Under the pieces are notes generated by a model. It saw nothing but the letters and a program-made list of their open reading frames with translations. It searched no databases and was not told where the DNA came from. A stretch of 63,965 nt of DNA, the filler included, from Chiloscyllium plagiosum (Eukaryota): NCBI RefSeq assembly GCF_004010195.1. It is 4 parts of 2 records of this genome, joined end to end, with 100 filler letters (N's around TTAATTAATTAA, not from the genome) between each part and the next. Parts side by side here need not be neighbours in the genome. Positions count along the whole stretch, not along the records: positions 30,380 to 57,658 come from NC_057714.1; positions 57,759 to 60,975 come from NC_057714.1; 2 more parts are not named here. One strand, written 5' to 3'. Positions 48,274-60,397 of the stretch are shown piece by piece. Within the stretch, counting starts at the first letter, position 1. Every line of letters begins with the position of its first letter. The translations under genes were made by a program, and so were the position numbers.

Positions 48274-49701
48274 GTAAGTGAATACAAAAGTAGTCTCTAA
48301 CTCCACACTGATCCTCAGGCTGTCTGTGTCAGAGCATTAGTCCCAGAGTATCATGTCGGGAGACCACAGGGATAAAGTTGATGTTGTTGGAGAAAGTGAG
48401 GACTGCAGATGCTGGAGATCAAGTCAAAATGTATGGTGCTGGAAAAGCACAGCCAGTCAGGCAGCATCCAAGGAGCAGGAAAGTCAATGTTTCGAGCACC
48501 ACATTTTTTTGACTAAAATTGATGATGTGTGTGACTGATAAGCCTCTAATAACCAGTCAGCATCTAATTTTAATCTCTGCATCATTTTGTCCGAACCTAA
48601 CACAGGAATACTGACGTTATTGGCTAAGTCAGTACAATCTGCATATTAACTCAGGATCGGCCCAGATATGGTCTCACAAACCTAAGTTTCTGAAGTCTTC
48701 CCTCTCACACCTTGCCTCAAACGCGACACTGATCCTCCTCATTTTTCTAATTTTTGGCTCTCTAGTGTTTGGCACTACAATTAATGCGATGTTATTATGT
48801 TTGAGATCCCATGTTTTAACTCCCTAGCAGGATTTATGTATTGCCCTCTCTGTGTCCTGGATACCAACATGCACCACAACCAGTCTATCATCCTCTTCTC
48901 CATCCCAGAAGAAGGAAAGTTGCCACTGTTCCATCAGAGAGAGCGAGTGAGAGAGAAGTGGAGATGTGTCTGACCTGAGGGTCACCATGCCTCAGGTGAC
49001 ATTGAGCCTGAGGTGAGAGGGTCAGCTCAGCTGGTCAAGGAATTAAGCCAATGCTGTTGGCATCAGTCTGCATTGCAAAGCAGCAGGCCATCCACGTGAG
49101 CCCACTGACCCATGACCTCCTGAACCATGCAGGTCCCATGCTGGTGGTTACAGAAATGCCTGTGGCTATCTAACAATGGTTCGACATTCTGCAAAACATC
49201 CCTGTTCAGTTCCTTGACTATGAGTGCCATGGTCCAGACTGCAGTCCTTCAAGGTATTAGCAGAACCAGCAGGGTCTCCAATGTTGGGAGCAGCACACTC
49301 TCCAAATTCACTGGTGGATCAACCCAGAATGATACTGGAAGCAGCAGTGATAATCTGATATTAACTTTCTAAGATGCAACATTATTGTTGCATCTTAGAA
49401 AGTACAGAGGATATTCAAAGACATTGAGATACAGCTCTTCATGACGAGGGGAGGACTTTGGAAGGATAGACCATTTGGCCAAAACAAACGTACTCAATTA
49501 AACATTTACTAAAATACAGAATGTAAGCACTTAATAACCTGCATAACTATAGGGGGGGTTTCACAATAACCTAAATCTGTACAACACCAAGGATGGGTAG
49601 GTTTCAACTCTCTCTGGGAAATAAATGCTCATCCTTGATTGTTTGTAATTCTAATTGCAAATTAATTTAATGAAATGTAATTCCATTCTGTCTTATTGCA
49701 G

Positions 49702-49740
49702 CTGCACCTCCGCTCAAAAACGTATGTCCGCCTTCAGAAG
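49702..49740 (+). CDS. Microexon C3 (39 nt): (A)APPLKNVCPPSE
   Basis: tgtcttattgcAG...AG|GTAAGT; differs from C1 by two synonymous changes (aat>aac, gtg>gta) and one A>S change. Confidence 0.75.
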
Positions 49741-50094
49741 GTAAGTCAAAAGAGAAACTATTTAAAATTCCACATGATCTTCGTGCTGTCTGGAGCGTTG
49801 CATTAGAGCGAGAGTTTCATGATGGGGGAGGGATGAGTGTTTTTGGCTTGGGCAGGAATGAGATACTTGCATTAGCCAATGAGCAGCAGGGTTTCAAACT
49901 CTCTAACACAGCAATAGTAACATCCTTCATTAACTCAGCAGGTTCTGGGCATTCACTGGGAATCTGGCTCAGAATTGCTCCCATTGCTGCAAGATTCTGA
50001 AACCCTCCTTCCTGCAATAGGCCTCAATCACACAATGACTCTCCCTGTCTTTCCATTTCACCTCGCTACACTGCCTGGCAATGGGAATAATCGA

Positions 50095-53000
50095 GACTTG
50101 GGTTGTACAGCATGGAAACAGATATTTAGGTCCAACTCATCCATGCTGACCAGATATCTAAATTAATCTAGTCCCATTTGCCACCATTTGGCCCATATCC
50201 TTTTGAATATCCTTTTGAATGTTATAATTGCACCAGCCTTGAGCATTTGCTCTGGCAGCTCACTCCATACACACACCATCCTCTATGTGAATAAGTTGCC
50301 CCTTAGGTCCCTTTAAAATCTTTCCCCTCGCACCCTCAAACTATGCCCTCTAGTTCTGGATGCCCCTACCCTTGAAGAAAGGCCTGGACTATTCATCATA
50401 TCCATGCCCCTCATGATTTTACAAACTTGTGCAAGGTCACCCCTCAGCCTCAAACATTCCAGGGAAAATGGGCCCAGCCTACTCAGCCTCTCCCTGTAAG
50501 TTAAACTATCCAACCCTGGCAAAATCCTTGTAAATCTTTTAGAGTCGTAGAGTCATAGAGATGTACAGCATGGAAACTGACCCTTCGGTCCAACCTGTCC
50601 ATCCCGACCAGATATTTCAACCCAATCTAGTTCCACCTGCCAGCACCCAGCCCATATCCCTCCAAACCCTTCCTATTCATATACCCATCCAAATGCCACT
50701 TAAATGTTGCAATTGTACCAGCCTCCACCACTTCCTCTAGCAGCTCATTCCATACACGTACCACCCTCTGTGCCCCTTAGGTCTCTTTTATATTTTTCCC
50801 CTCTCACCCTAAACCTATGCTCTCTAGTTCTGTACTCCCCGACTTTGCCTATTAACCATAATTTTGTAAACCTCTATAAGGTCACCCCTCAGCCTCTGAC
50901 GCTCCAGGGAAAACAGTCCCAGCCTGTTCAGCCTCTCCCTATAGCTCAAATCCTCCAACCCTGGCAACATCCTTGCAAATCTTTTCTGAACTCTTTCAAG
51001 TTTCACAACTTCTTTCCGATAGGAAGGAGACCAGAATTGCATGCAATATTCCAACAGTGGCCAACCAATGTCCTGTACAGCCACAACATGACCTCCCAAC
51101 TCCTGTACTCAATACTCTGACCAATAAAGGAAAGCATACCAAACACTGCCTTCACTATCCTATCTACCTGCGACTCCACTTTCGAGGAGCTATGAACCTG
51201 CACTCCTGGGTCTCTTTGTTCAGCAACACTCCCTAGGACCTTACCATAAGTCTAACAACATCTTCCCTACAGCAGGGAGATCAGAATTGAATACAATATT
51301 TGAAAAGAGTACTAACCAATCCCCTGTATAGTCTCAACATGATCTCCCAACTCCAATACTCAATGCATTGTCCAATAAAAGCAAGCATACTAAAAGCCTT
51401 TTTCACTATCCTGTCTACCTGCGACTCTACTTTCAAGGAACTTGTTCACTCCAAGGTCTCTGTTTTCAACAACACTCCCCAGGACCTTACCACTAAGTGT
51501 ATAAGTCCTACCCTAATTTGCCCTATCAAAATGTAGCACCTCACATTTATCTAGACTCAACTCCATCTACCACTCCTTGGCCCACCTGACCAAGATCCCA
51601 TTGTCCTCTGAGGTGACCGTTTTTGCTCCCCATCTCACCACCAATTTTGGTGCCGTCTGCAAACTTATGAACCATACCTGGTATATTCACATCCAAATTA
51701 TTTATATAACGGACTAAAAGCAATGGCCCAGCCCCTATCCTTGCGGTACACTGCTGGTCAAGGGCCGTCAGTCTAAAAAGCAACTCTCCACATCCACCCT
51801 CTGATTCTTACCTTCGATCCAATTTTGTATCCAAATGGCTAGTTGTCTCTGTTATTCTCTGTGATCTAACCTTATTAATCAGTTTATCATGAGGAAAATT
51901 GTCGAACATCTTGCTGAAGTCCATATAGACAATGTCTATCACTCTACCTTGATCAATCCTCTCTGTTGCTTGTTCAAAAAACTCAATCAAGTTGGTGAGA
52001 CAGGATTTCCCACACACAAAGCCATGTTGATTATCTGTAATCAGTGTCTGCAAATCCTTTCCAAACATATATAAATCCTGTCCGTCAAACCCCCCTCCAA
52101 TAACTTGCCCAGCAATGATGTCAGGCTATATTTCCCTCGCTTTTCCTGATCAGTTTCTTAAGTAAGAGCACCGTGTTTGCCAACATCCAGTCTTCCACAC
52201 CTCACCCGTGGCTATCAATACAAGTATCTCAGCAAAGGGCCCAGAAATCACTTCTCTAGCTTCCCTCAAAGGTCTAGAGTATACCTGATCTGGTCCCAGG
52301 GATTTATTCACCCTTATGCATTCTAAGACATCCAGCACCTCCTCCACTGTGATGTGGACTCTTTTCAAGGTATCACTATTTATTTCCCCAAGTCCTCTAC
52401 CTTCCATATCCTTCCCTACAGTAAACATTGGTGCAAAATATTCATTTAGTTTGTCCTCCGTCTCTTGCAGCTCCCTACATAGACTGCCTTGCTGATCGCT
52501 CAGCACTGCCCTCTTGACCTGTCCTATCTGTCCATCTTCCTTCCCACCGATCCACTCAGACTACACTTCCTCCCACTCTACCTCCTGTAAAAACGCCATC
52601 CCTTATTCCCAATGCTTCCACCTCCGCTGTATCTGTTCCCAGGAGGACCCATTCCACCTTAGAAAATCCCAAATGGCCTCCTTCTTCCAAGATCGCAATT
52701 TCCCTTCCCATGTGGTTGACAATACTCTCCAGCAGGGTAAAAACAATGAGTGCAGATGCTGGAAACCAGATTCTGGATTAGTGGTGCTGGAAGAGCACAG
52801 CAGTTTCAGGCAGCATCCGACCCAATCAACTTTTGAAAGTCCTTGCCTAACTAAAAGCATCTAAATTGGCCTTCCTCCAATTTAGAATTTTAACTTTTAG
52901 ATCAGATCTATCCTTTTCCATAACTATTTTAAAGCTGTTATGATCACTTGCTCCAAAGTGTTCCCCCACTGACTCCTCAGTGCCTTCTCCTGGCTTACTT

Positions 53001-54880
53001 CCCAAGAGTAGGTCAAGTTTTGCTCCTTCTCTAGTAGGTACATCCACATACTGAATCAGAAACGTTTCTTGTATACACTTAACAAATTCTTCTTCATCTG
53101 ATCCCTGAACACTATGGCATTCCCTGTCAATGCTTGGAAAGTTAAAATCCCCTACCATAACCATCCTATTATTCTTATAGATAACTGAGGTCTCCTTACA
53201 AATTTGCTTCTCAATTTCCGTCTGACTTTTGTGGGGTCTACAGTATAATCCCAGTAAGGTGATCATCCTTTCTTATTTCTCAGTTTTACCCGAATAACTT
53301 CACTGAATGCACTTCCTAGAATATCCTCCCTAAGTACAGCCACAATGGTATCCCTAAACAAAAACACCACTCCTCCTTCTCTCTTCCCCAATCCTTCCTG
53401 TAACATCTATATCCAAGAACATTAAGCTGCCAGTCCTGTCCACCCCTCAGCCATGTTCCCTAATAGCTATGATATCCCAGTCCCATGTTCCCAACCATAC
53501 CCTGAGTTCATCTGTCTAACCTGTCATGGTAAGAGGAGGATTCTGGGTAATCCAAAATGGTGGACGGGAGAAAATTGTGGCTATAAGAGCTGCTCTTCTT
53601 TGAGCTTATTTTGGTGTTGGAGCCAATTTCATCGTATTCTTGAAACAGTAATTACTGTTTTTTAAGCTACTGCACTTGGAACTTTGGAAACAAGATCAAA
53701 ACAGGGTACATTAAAACAAGAGAGGGAGAACAGATACTATGTGGGAGGTGAACAAACAGGAACAGTGAACCTGCACAGCTGACTGACGAGGCAGTGAACT
53801 TTCACAGCTGACTGCCTGCGCTGCTTAGTTTCAAGTATCTCTGGACATCGAATTCAATGGAAGAAAAATAAACAAACAACAAAATTCACTGCTGAACTTG
53901 GAGCAAATCCAAATTGGGAGCTCCTCACAGCAGGGGAACAGCCAAGTGTTCTTTGTTAAGTCTAGCCACACTCTGTTTTTTGTAAATCTACAATAGTGAG
54001 TACGGTGAATTTCTTTTTGTTAATATGTTTTATTGAGATCTGTCTCTAGATTAAGCTTCTTTTTAAATCTAAAACATAGGTATCAAGTTAACCTGGAGCA
54101 GTGTTTTTAGATGTCTTGGATTAGGGAGAATTTCAATGTTACTGATGGTTATGTCTGCAGAAAGTGTGTTTGGTTCCAAATCCTATTGGATCACATGGAT
54201 AAGTTGAGGCAGCATTTAAAGGCAATGAGCAATTTACAGGAGCTAGGGGGTGTGATGGATGATGGTTTCAGGAAGGTACAAAAACTGCAGATACAGTCAG
54301 GTATGGATTACTTCCAGGAAAGGCAGGAGGGGGAGGCAGGTAGCAGGAGTCTCCTGTGGCTATCCCCATTTCAAACAAGCATGCTGTTTTGGAAAATGTA
54401 GGGGGTGATAGACTCTCAGGGGAATGTAGCACTGACAGCCAGGTTTCTGGTTGAGTCTGGCTCTACTGTAACAAGGGGTACACCAGGCTCCAAGCAATCG
54501 ATTGTGATTGGGGACTCTCTAGTCAGAGGCACAGACAGATGTTTCTGCTGCCGGCAATGAGATTTCAAATCTTTTCTGCACTGTTTCAAGTTTAACAACA
54601 TCTTTCCGGTATCAGGGAGACCAGACTAAACCCAGTACTCCAAAAGTGGCAACATGACCTCCCAATTCCTATATTCAATGCGCTGACCAGTAAAGGCAAA
54701 CCTATCAACCGCCTTTTTCACGACCCTGTCAACCGGCAGCTCCACTTTCAGGGAACTGTGAACCTGCACTCCAAGGTCTCTTTGTTTGGCACCTCTCTCC
54801 AGGACCTTACCATTAAAGGTATAGTCCTGCCTACAAAATGCAACACCTCATATTTATCTAAATTAAACCTCATCTGTCGC
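50095..54880 (-). mobile_element. Nested stack of HER1/CR1 LINEs, with a PLE ORF fragment (about 52500-52820) and a plus-strand CR1 5'/ORF1 fragment (about 53525-54560)
   Basis: CR1 endonuclease MVGDFNFP/LDLLL, RT QHGFVCGKSCLTNLIEFF and HKFADGTKIGG; PLE DYTSSHSTSCKNAIPYSQ; ORF1 YVCRKC and IVIGDSLVRGTD. Confidence 0.85.
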
Positions 54881-55237
54881 CCCTCATAAGATGTCCTTCA
54901 GCTAACTGAAGGACATCTTATGAGGTGGGACAATGGTGTTGTTGACTGGCCAGTAATTATTGCCCCTTCCCTAGCTGCCCTTGAACTGAGTGACTTGCTC
55001 AGCAACTTCAGAGGGCAGTTAGGGGTCAACACACTGCTGTGGGTCTGGAGTCACATGTAGAATTAGTATTAGCTGTAGTGTTACATGTGCTCACGTGAAA
55101 AGTTTACAAGTTGCCACAAACGACGCCATCTTATGGACAAATTACCAAGGCCCCAATTCCTGAGTACAAATTCTTAGGAAAAAAATAGAAAAATAAAAAA
55201 AAGTCCTGCATTACAGACCTTTGCACCGTCTTAGGTA

Positions 55238-55441
55238 TTGTGGGTTCTGCTATAACACGTGTTTCTTCAACATGAATTGGCTTTAACACGATTGAAGAAT
55301 TTAGACCAATATTTGTAGAACGCAAACTTTCCTTATCTGTATTGGCTATAGCATGATTCTAGTCCCAAGGATTTATGCGATTTTCTTATTATACGGGATC
55401 GCACAGGAACTGAACTATCGCGTTATTATCAGAACAGACTG
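55238..55441. mobile_element. Tc1/mariner (Tigger/pogo-like) MITE
   Basis: Imperfect TIRs ttgtgggttctgctataacacg / cgcgttattatcagaacagactg flanked by TA on both sides. Confidence 0.55.
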
Positions 55442-55574
55442 TACAATATCATAGGAATAAATTAGAAAATTAAAGAAATAAAAAGTTCAGAATCAAAGTC
55501 CTTCCAACCCAGACCATGCCGGTCCTCCCCTCCAATCTACGCAGGATTTCACCTCAAGGCTGTCAAAGCCAGGA

Positions 55575-55960
55575 GCGTCGGGAGTCTGTTCTGCATTCAC
55601 CTCAATTTCAGGGGCCCACTCTGTGGCTAGGAGTGTGCTCTGGATTCACCTCGGACTCAAGGGCCCCCACTCTGAGGCTAGGAGTCCGCTCTGGATTCAC
55701 CTCGGATTCAGGGGCCCACTCTGTGGCTAGGAGTCTGCTCTGGATTCACCTCGGATTCAGGGTCTGTTCTGAGGCTGGGAGTCTGTTGTGGATTGACTTC
55801 GAGTTCAGGGTCTGCTCTGAGGCTGAGGGTCTGCTCTGAGGCTGAGGGTCTGCTCTGAGGCTGAGAGTCTGCTGTGGATTGACCTCGAGTTCAGGGGTTT
55901 GCTCTGAGGCTGGGAGTCCACTCTGGATTCGTCTCGAATCCTCTCTGAGGCCAGCAGTCT
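55575..55960. repeat. Short degenerate tandem repeats (units of about 54 bp and 18 bp)
   Basis: ggagtctgctctggattcacctcggattcaggggcccactctg occurs about four times; ggtctgctctgaggctga occurs three times. Confidence 0.7.
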
Positions 55961-56794
55961 ACGTTTTGGCCAGGAAGGTTGGACATTGGAAGGGCCTGAG
56001 GAGTTCTGAGGAAGGGTCACTCGACTCGAAAGATTAACTCTGATTTCTCTCCGCAAACGCCGTTAGACCTGCTGAGCTTTTTCAACAATTTCTGTTTTTT
56101 GACTTGGATTAACTTCTTTGGCACACAGTCCTCGCCACACTGACTGATGATGTCTGTGAAGGTAGTGGCATACTCATTTGGGTTGACCACTGAGTTCTTG
56201 AATATAGACCTGTCCACTGAATCCCCCAAGCAGTAATGTGACAGCTCGTCCATTATCTCAAACCAGCGCTGTATGACTTTCTGTATTGGATCCTTAAGCT
56301 TCAGGTTCTGCTTGTAAGCCAGGAGATGGAGCTTTGTTTCCTGTAGTTGGGAAGGCAAGTTGTGAGGACTCCAAGAGTCTGCAGAAGGATGCAGACTGGC
56401 TAAGTGAGTGGGCAAAAAACTTGTAAATATAATGTGGTAAAACATGAGATGATGTACTTTCACAGGAAGGAAAGAGGAGCAGTATATTATTTAAATGGAG
56501 AAAGAATGTGACAGCTAAAGCACAAAGAGATTTGGAAGCTGTCATGCGTGAATCACTAAAAGTTAGCATCCAAATTCAGCAGGTAAACGGGAAGGTTTGT
56601 GGAATGTTGGCTCTTATGTCAAAGAGAATGGAGTATACTGGTACAGAGGTTTTGCTAAAAGTGCACTTATCAGACCATAGCTGAAATACTGTGACCAGTT
56701 ATTTAAGGAAAGACATCCTGACACTGGAGGCAGTTTGTCAGTTTAGGTACCCAGCCCAGGGGCAACCAACCAACCATCCATGCTTAGTTAAAGT

Positions 56795-57430
56795 AAAAAA
56801 AAAATCACAAAACACAAGGTTATAGTCCAACAGGTTTATTTGGAAGCACTAGCTTTCGGAGCGCTGCTCCTTCATCAGGTAGTTGTGGAGCAGGACCATA
56901 AAACACAGAATTTATAGTAAAAAATTGAGGGACCTAGGGTTGATGTCACACTACACGTAACCCCCCTACACTATACACTCTCTCTCACTCATACACGCAA
57001 GCACACATACACACATACACACACTGACATACTCACACACTCGTGCAGACCCTCTGTGATACATATGCTCTCTCTCATATGCACACACATACACGCACCA
57101 TCTTACAGATCTATACTCCATTGCACTCACACATACTTTACCAAGTTTGCACTTATGCAAACACACACACTCTCACGTGCACTCACACTCACACACTCAC
57201 ATACACACACTCAGTCTCTCTCTCTCATGCACGTGCACACACATATAGGTCTATGGCATGGAATTTACATTTGCAGAATTATATTTGCAGATACATTCTA
57301 TTTTGCTCAAAAAATGCACAACCTGGATGCAGTCAATGCATGTAATATTTGCAAATTCCACTTTGGGAATAGAACCAGTCTGACTCAAGACAGACTCTAA
57401 CCGCACACCTTTAATACATTGTCCGAGCTG
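56795..57430 (-). mobile_element. PLE-type element with a hammerhead motif (56848-56880) and a CA-rich tract
   Basis: Minus strand ac-CTGATGA-a-ggagc(agc)gctcc-GAA-AGCT-A-gt; degenerate (CA)n at about 56960-57245. Confidence 0.6.
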
Positions 57431-57434
57431 AAAT

Positions 57435-58215
57435 AGAATATAGAACATAGAACAATACAGCACAGAACAGGCCCTTCAGCCCACGGTGTTGTGCCAAACA
57501 TTTGTCCTAGCTTAAGCACCCATCCATGTACCTATCCAATTACCGCTTAAAGGTCACCAATGATTCTGACTCTGCCACTCCCACAGGCAGCGCATTCCAT
57601 GCCCCCACCACTCTCTGGGTAAAGAACCTACTCCTGACATCCCCCCTATACCTTCCATNNNNNNNNNNNNNNNNNNNNNNNNNNNNNNNNNNNNNNNNNN
57701 NNTTAATTAATTAANNNNNNNNNNNNNNNNNNNNNNNNNNNNNNNNNNNNNNNNNNNNTATTCACATTGACAATAATGTCCTGTTCCTGATTGAATACTG
57801 ACGAAAAGTATTCATTCGGTGTCTCCCCAATCTCTTCAGCCTCTACACGCAACTTCCCACTACTATCCTTGACTGGACCTATTCCTACCCTAGTCATTCT
57901 TTTATTCCTGACATACCTATAGAAAGCCTTAGGGTTTTCCCTAATCCTACCAACTAAGGACCTTTCATGTCCCCTCCTTGCTGCTCTTAGCTCTCTCTTC
58001 AGGTCCTTCCTGACTACCTTATAACTCTCAATCGCCCCAATTGAACCTTCACGCCTCATCTTTACATAGGCCGCCCTCTTCCATTTAACAAGGGATTCCA
58101 ATTCCTTATTAAACCACGGCTCCCTCACACGACCCTTTCCTCCCTGCCTGACGGGCACATACTTATCAAGGACACTCAATAGTTGCTCCTTGAACAAGCT
58201 CCACATATCAATTAC
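57435..58215 (-). mobile_element. CR1 LINE collinear across the scaffold join at 57659-57758
   Basis: (catagaa)-type tail on the left and ORF2 ...RENPKAFYRYVRNKRMTR on the right, in the same orientation and order. Confidence 0.8.
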
Positions 58216-58379
58216 AAATGTTCTCTTAATAACTTAGCAGGTTTATTGATTTTATTCATTAAAACACAGACATAAGGAAAATGTCAATCTGACCATGTGA
58301 GTTTGGCACAAAAATAACTCAAATGTAGAAATAAATTGAATGGTCACAGCAGCTGATTTTGTTTGATTGATTGTAGTCG

Positions 58380-58830
58380 TATATACCTAAGTACAGTGAA
58401 AAGCTTTGTTTTGTGAGTAGTACGGGCAGATCATAGCAAACAAGAACATAGCAGGATGCTAAGACAAAGTGAGGCACACAGGTTACACTGCACAGGAGGG
58501 GCGGGAAGCAAGATCAACATTAGATTGAAATTAGAGAGGTCTATTCATCAGTCTAATAACGGATGGGAAGAAGCTGTTCCTGAACCTGTTGATGCGTGTG
58601 TTCAGGTTTCTGTACCTTCTGCCTAATGGAAGAGGGTGTGGGAGATCATTACCGGGGTGTGATGGATATTTGATGATGTTGGCAGCCTTTTCGCGGCGGT
58701 GAGTCGTGTAAATGGAGTCCATGGATGGAAGGTTGGCTTCTATGATGGGCTGGGCCGTGCACACCACCTTCTCTAGTTTCTTACAGTCCTGGACAGGGCA
58801 GTTGCCGTACCAGGCCATTATCCACCTGGA
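58380..58830 (-). mobile_element. Rex1/Babar LINE 3' end
   Basis: IMAWYGNC...KAANIIKYPSHPG...RFRNSFFPSVIRLMN. Confidence 0.85.
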
Positions 58831-59096
58831 CAGGAGACACACCAAGGTCCCTCTGATCCTCGGGGTTTCCCAGGGTCCTACTGTCCATGATATTTTCCCT
58901 TGTCTTGTTTGTCCTGCCCAAGTGCATCATATTTATCTGGATTGAATTCCATTTGGCACTGACCACCCCAGCTTTATCCTCCTGTCTACTAAAGCTATCC
59001 TCCTCACTATTTGCCATCCCCACCAATTTTCATATCATCCACAACCTCACTGATCAATGGGGTGTCGGTTTGCTCGCTGAGCTGTAGGTTTGATAT

Positions 59097-59136
59097 CCAG
59101 ACGTTTCATTACCTGGCGAGGTAACATCATCAGTGG
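59097..59136 (-). ncRNA. Minimal hammerhead ribozyme motif (left Penelope arm)
   Basis: cca-CTGATGA-t-gttacct(cgcc)aggtaat-GAA-ACGT-C-tgg. Confidence 0.7.
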
Positions 59137-59314
59137 CAACCTCCAAGTGAAGCGAAGCTGTTTTCTCCTGCTTTCTATTTATATGTTTGTCCTGGATGGG
59201 GTTCCTGGGGTTTGTGGTGATGTCATTTCCTGTTCGTTTTCTGAGGGGCTGATAGATGGTATCTAGATCTATGTGTTTGTTTATGGCGTTGTGGTTGGAG
59301 TGCCAGGCCTCCAA

Positions 59315-59629
59315 GGGCGGCACGGTGGCACAGTGGTTAGCACTGCTGCCTCACAGCGCCAGAGACCCGGGTTCAATTCCCGACTCAGGCGACTGACTGT
59401 GTGGAGTTTGCACATTCTCCCCGTGTCTACGTGGGTTTCCTCCGGGTGCTCCGGTTTCCTCCCACAGTCCAAAGATGTGCAGGTCAGGTGAATTGGCCAT
59501 GCTAAATTGCCCGTAGTGTTAGGTTAAAGGGGTAAATGTAGGGGTATGGGTGGGTTGCGCTTCGGCGGGTCGGTGTGGACTTGTTGGGCCGAAGGGCCTG
59601 TTTCCACACTGTAAGTAATCTAATCTAAT
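59315..59629 (+). mobile_element. Young full-length HE1-like SINE nested in the left Penelope arm
   Basis: Intact A-box and B-box-like head, V-domain, CpGs retained, (TAATC)n tail. Confidence 0.9.
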
Positions 59630-60015
59630 TCTCTGGCATGTCTTTGCTTAGCCTGTCCCAGGATAAATGTGTTGTCCCAGTTGAAATGGCGTTTTCTTTC
59701 ATCCATGTGCAGGGCTACGAGGGAGAGAGGGTCGTGTCTTTTTGTGGCTAGCTGGTGTTCGTGTATCCTGGTGGCTAACTTTCTTCCTGTTTGTCCATGG
59801 ACAAAACCAACGTCATCTACAAAATTCCATGCAAGGACTGCCACAAACACTACGTAGGACAAACAGGAAGAAAGTTAGCCACCAGGATACACGAACACCA
59901 GCTAGCCACAAAAAGACATGACCCTCTCTCCCTCGTAACCCTGCACATGGATGAAAGAAAACACCATTTCGACTGGGACAACACATTTATCCTGGGACAG
60001 GCTAAGCAAAGACAT

Positions 60016-60154
60016 AGGTAAAAACAATTACTGCAGATGCTGGAAATCAGATTTTGGATTAGTGGTGCCGGAAGAGCACAGTAGTTCAGGATTTTGCTGC
60101 ACCTCGGATGCTGCCTGAACTGCTGTGCTCTTCCAGCACCACTAAAATCCAAAA
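60016..60154. mobile_element. Small fold-back PLE terminus nested in the right Penelope arm, 13-bp TSD
   Basis: taagcaaagacat at 60003-60015 and 60155-60167; inverted arms. Confidence 0.8.
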
Positions 60155-60357
60155 TAAGCAAAGACATGCCAGAGAATTCCTAGAGGCTGGCACTCCAACC
60201 ACAATGCCATAAACAAGCACATAGATCTAGATACCCATCTATCAACCCCTCAGAAAACAAACAGGAAATGACATCACCACAAACCCCAGGAACCCCATCC
60301 AGGAGAAAAATATAAATAGAAAGCAGGAGACAACAGCTTCGCTTCACTTGGAGGTTG

Positions 60358-60397
60358 CCACTGATGATGTTACCTAGCCAGGTAATGAAACGTCTGG
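60358..60397 (+). ncRNA. Minimal hammerhead ribozyme motif (right Penelope arm)
   Basis: cca-CTGATGA-t-gttacct(agcc)aggtaat-GAA-ACGT-C-tgg. Confidence 0.7.

Larger units (their letters stand above)
30831..55500 (+). repeat. Three tandem segmental units (about 30.8-38.8, 38.8-44.9 and 44.9-55.5 kb), each carrying exons A, B, C and shared old CR1 fragments
   Basis: Collinear blocks recur three times, e.g. ttctcccgactgaaat (about 30938, 39034, 44970), ggaagcagcagtgataatctgatattaac (about 35758, 43243, 49337) and gggtctggagtcacatgtagaattag (about 36898, 44129, 55041). Confidence 0.9.

Noticed and set aside
59315..59390. tRNA genes at SINE heads
   Set aside because: A-box and B-box-like heads continue into the V-SINE body and LINE-like tail; these are SINEs, not tRNA genes.
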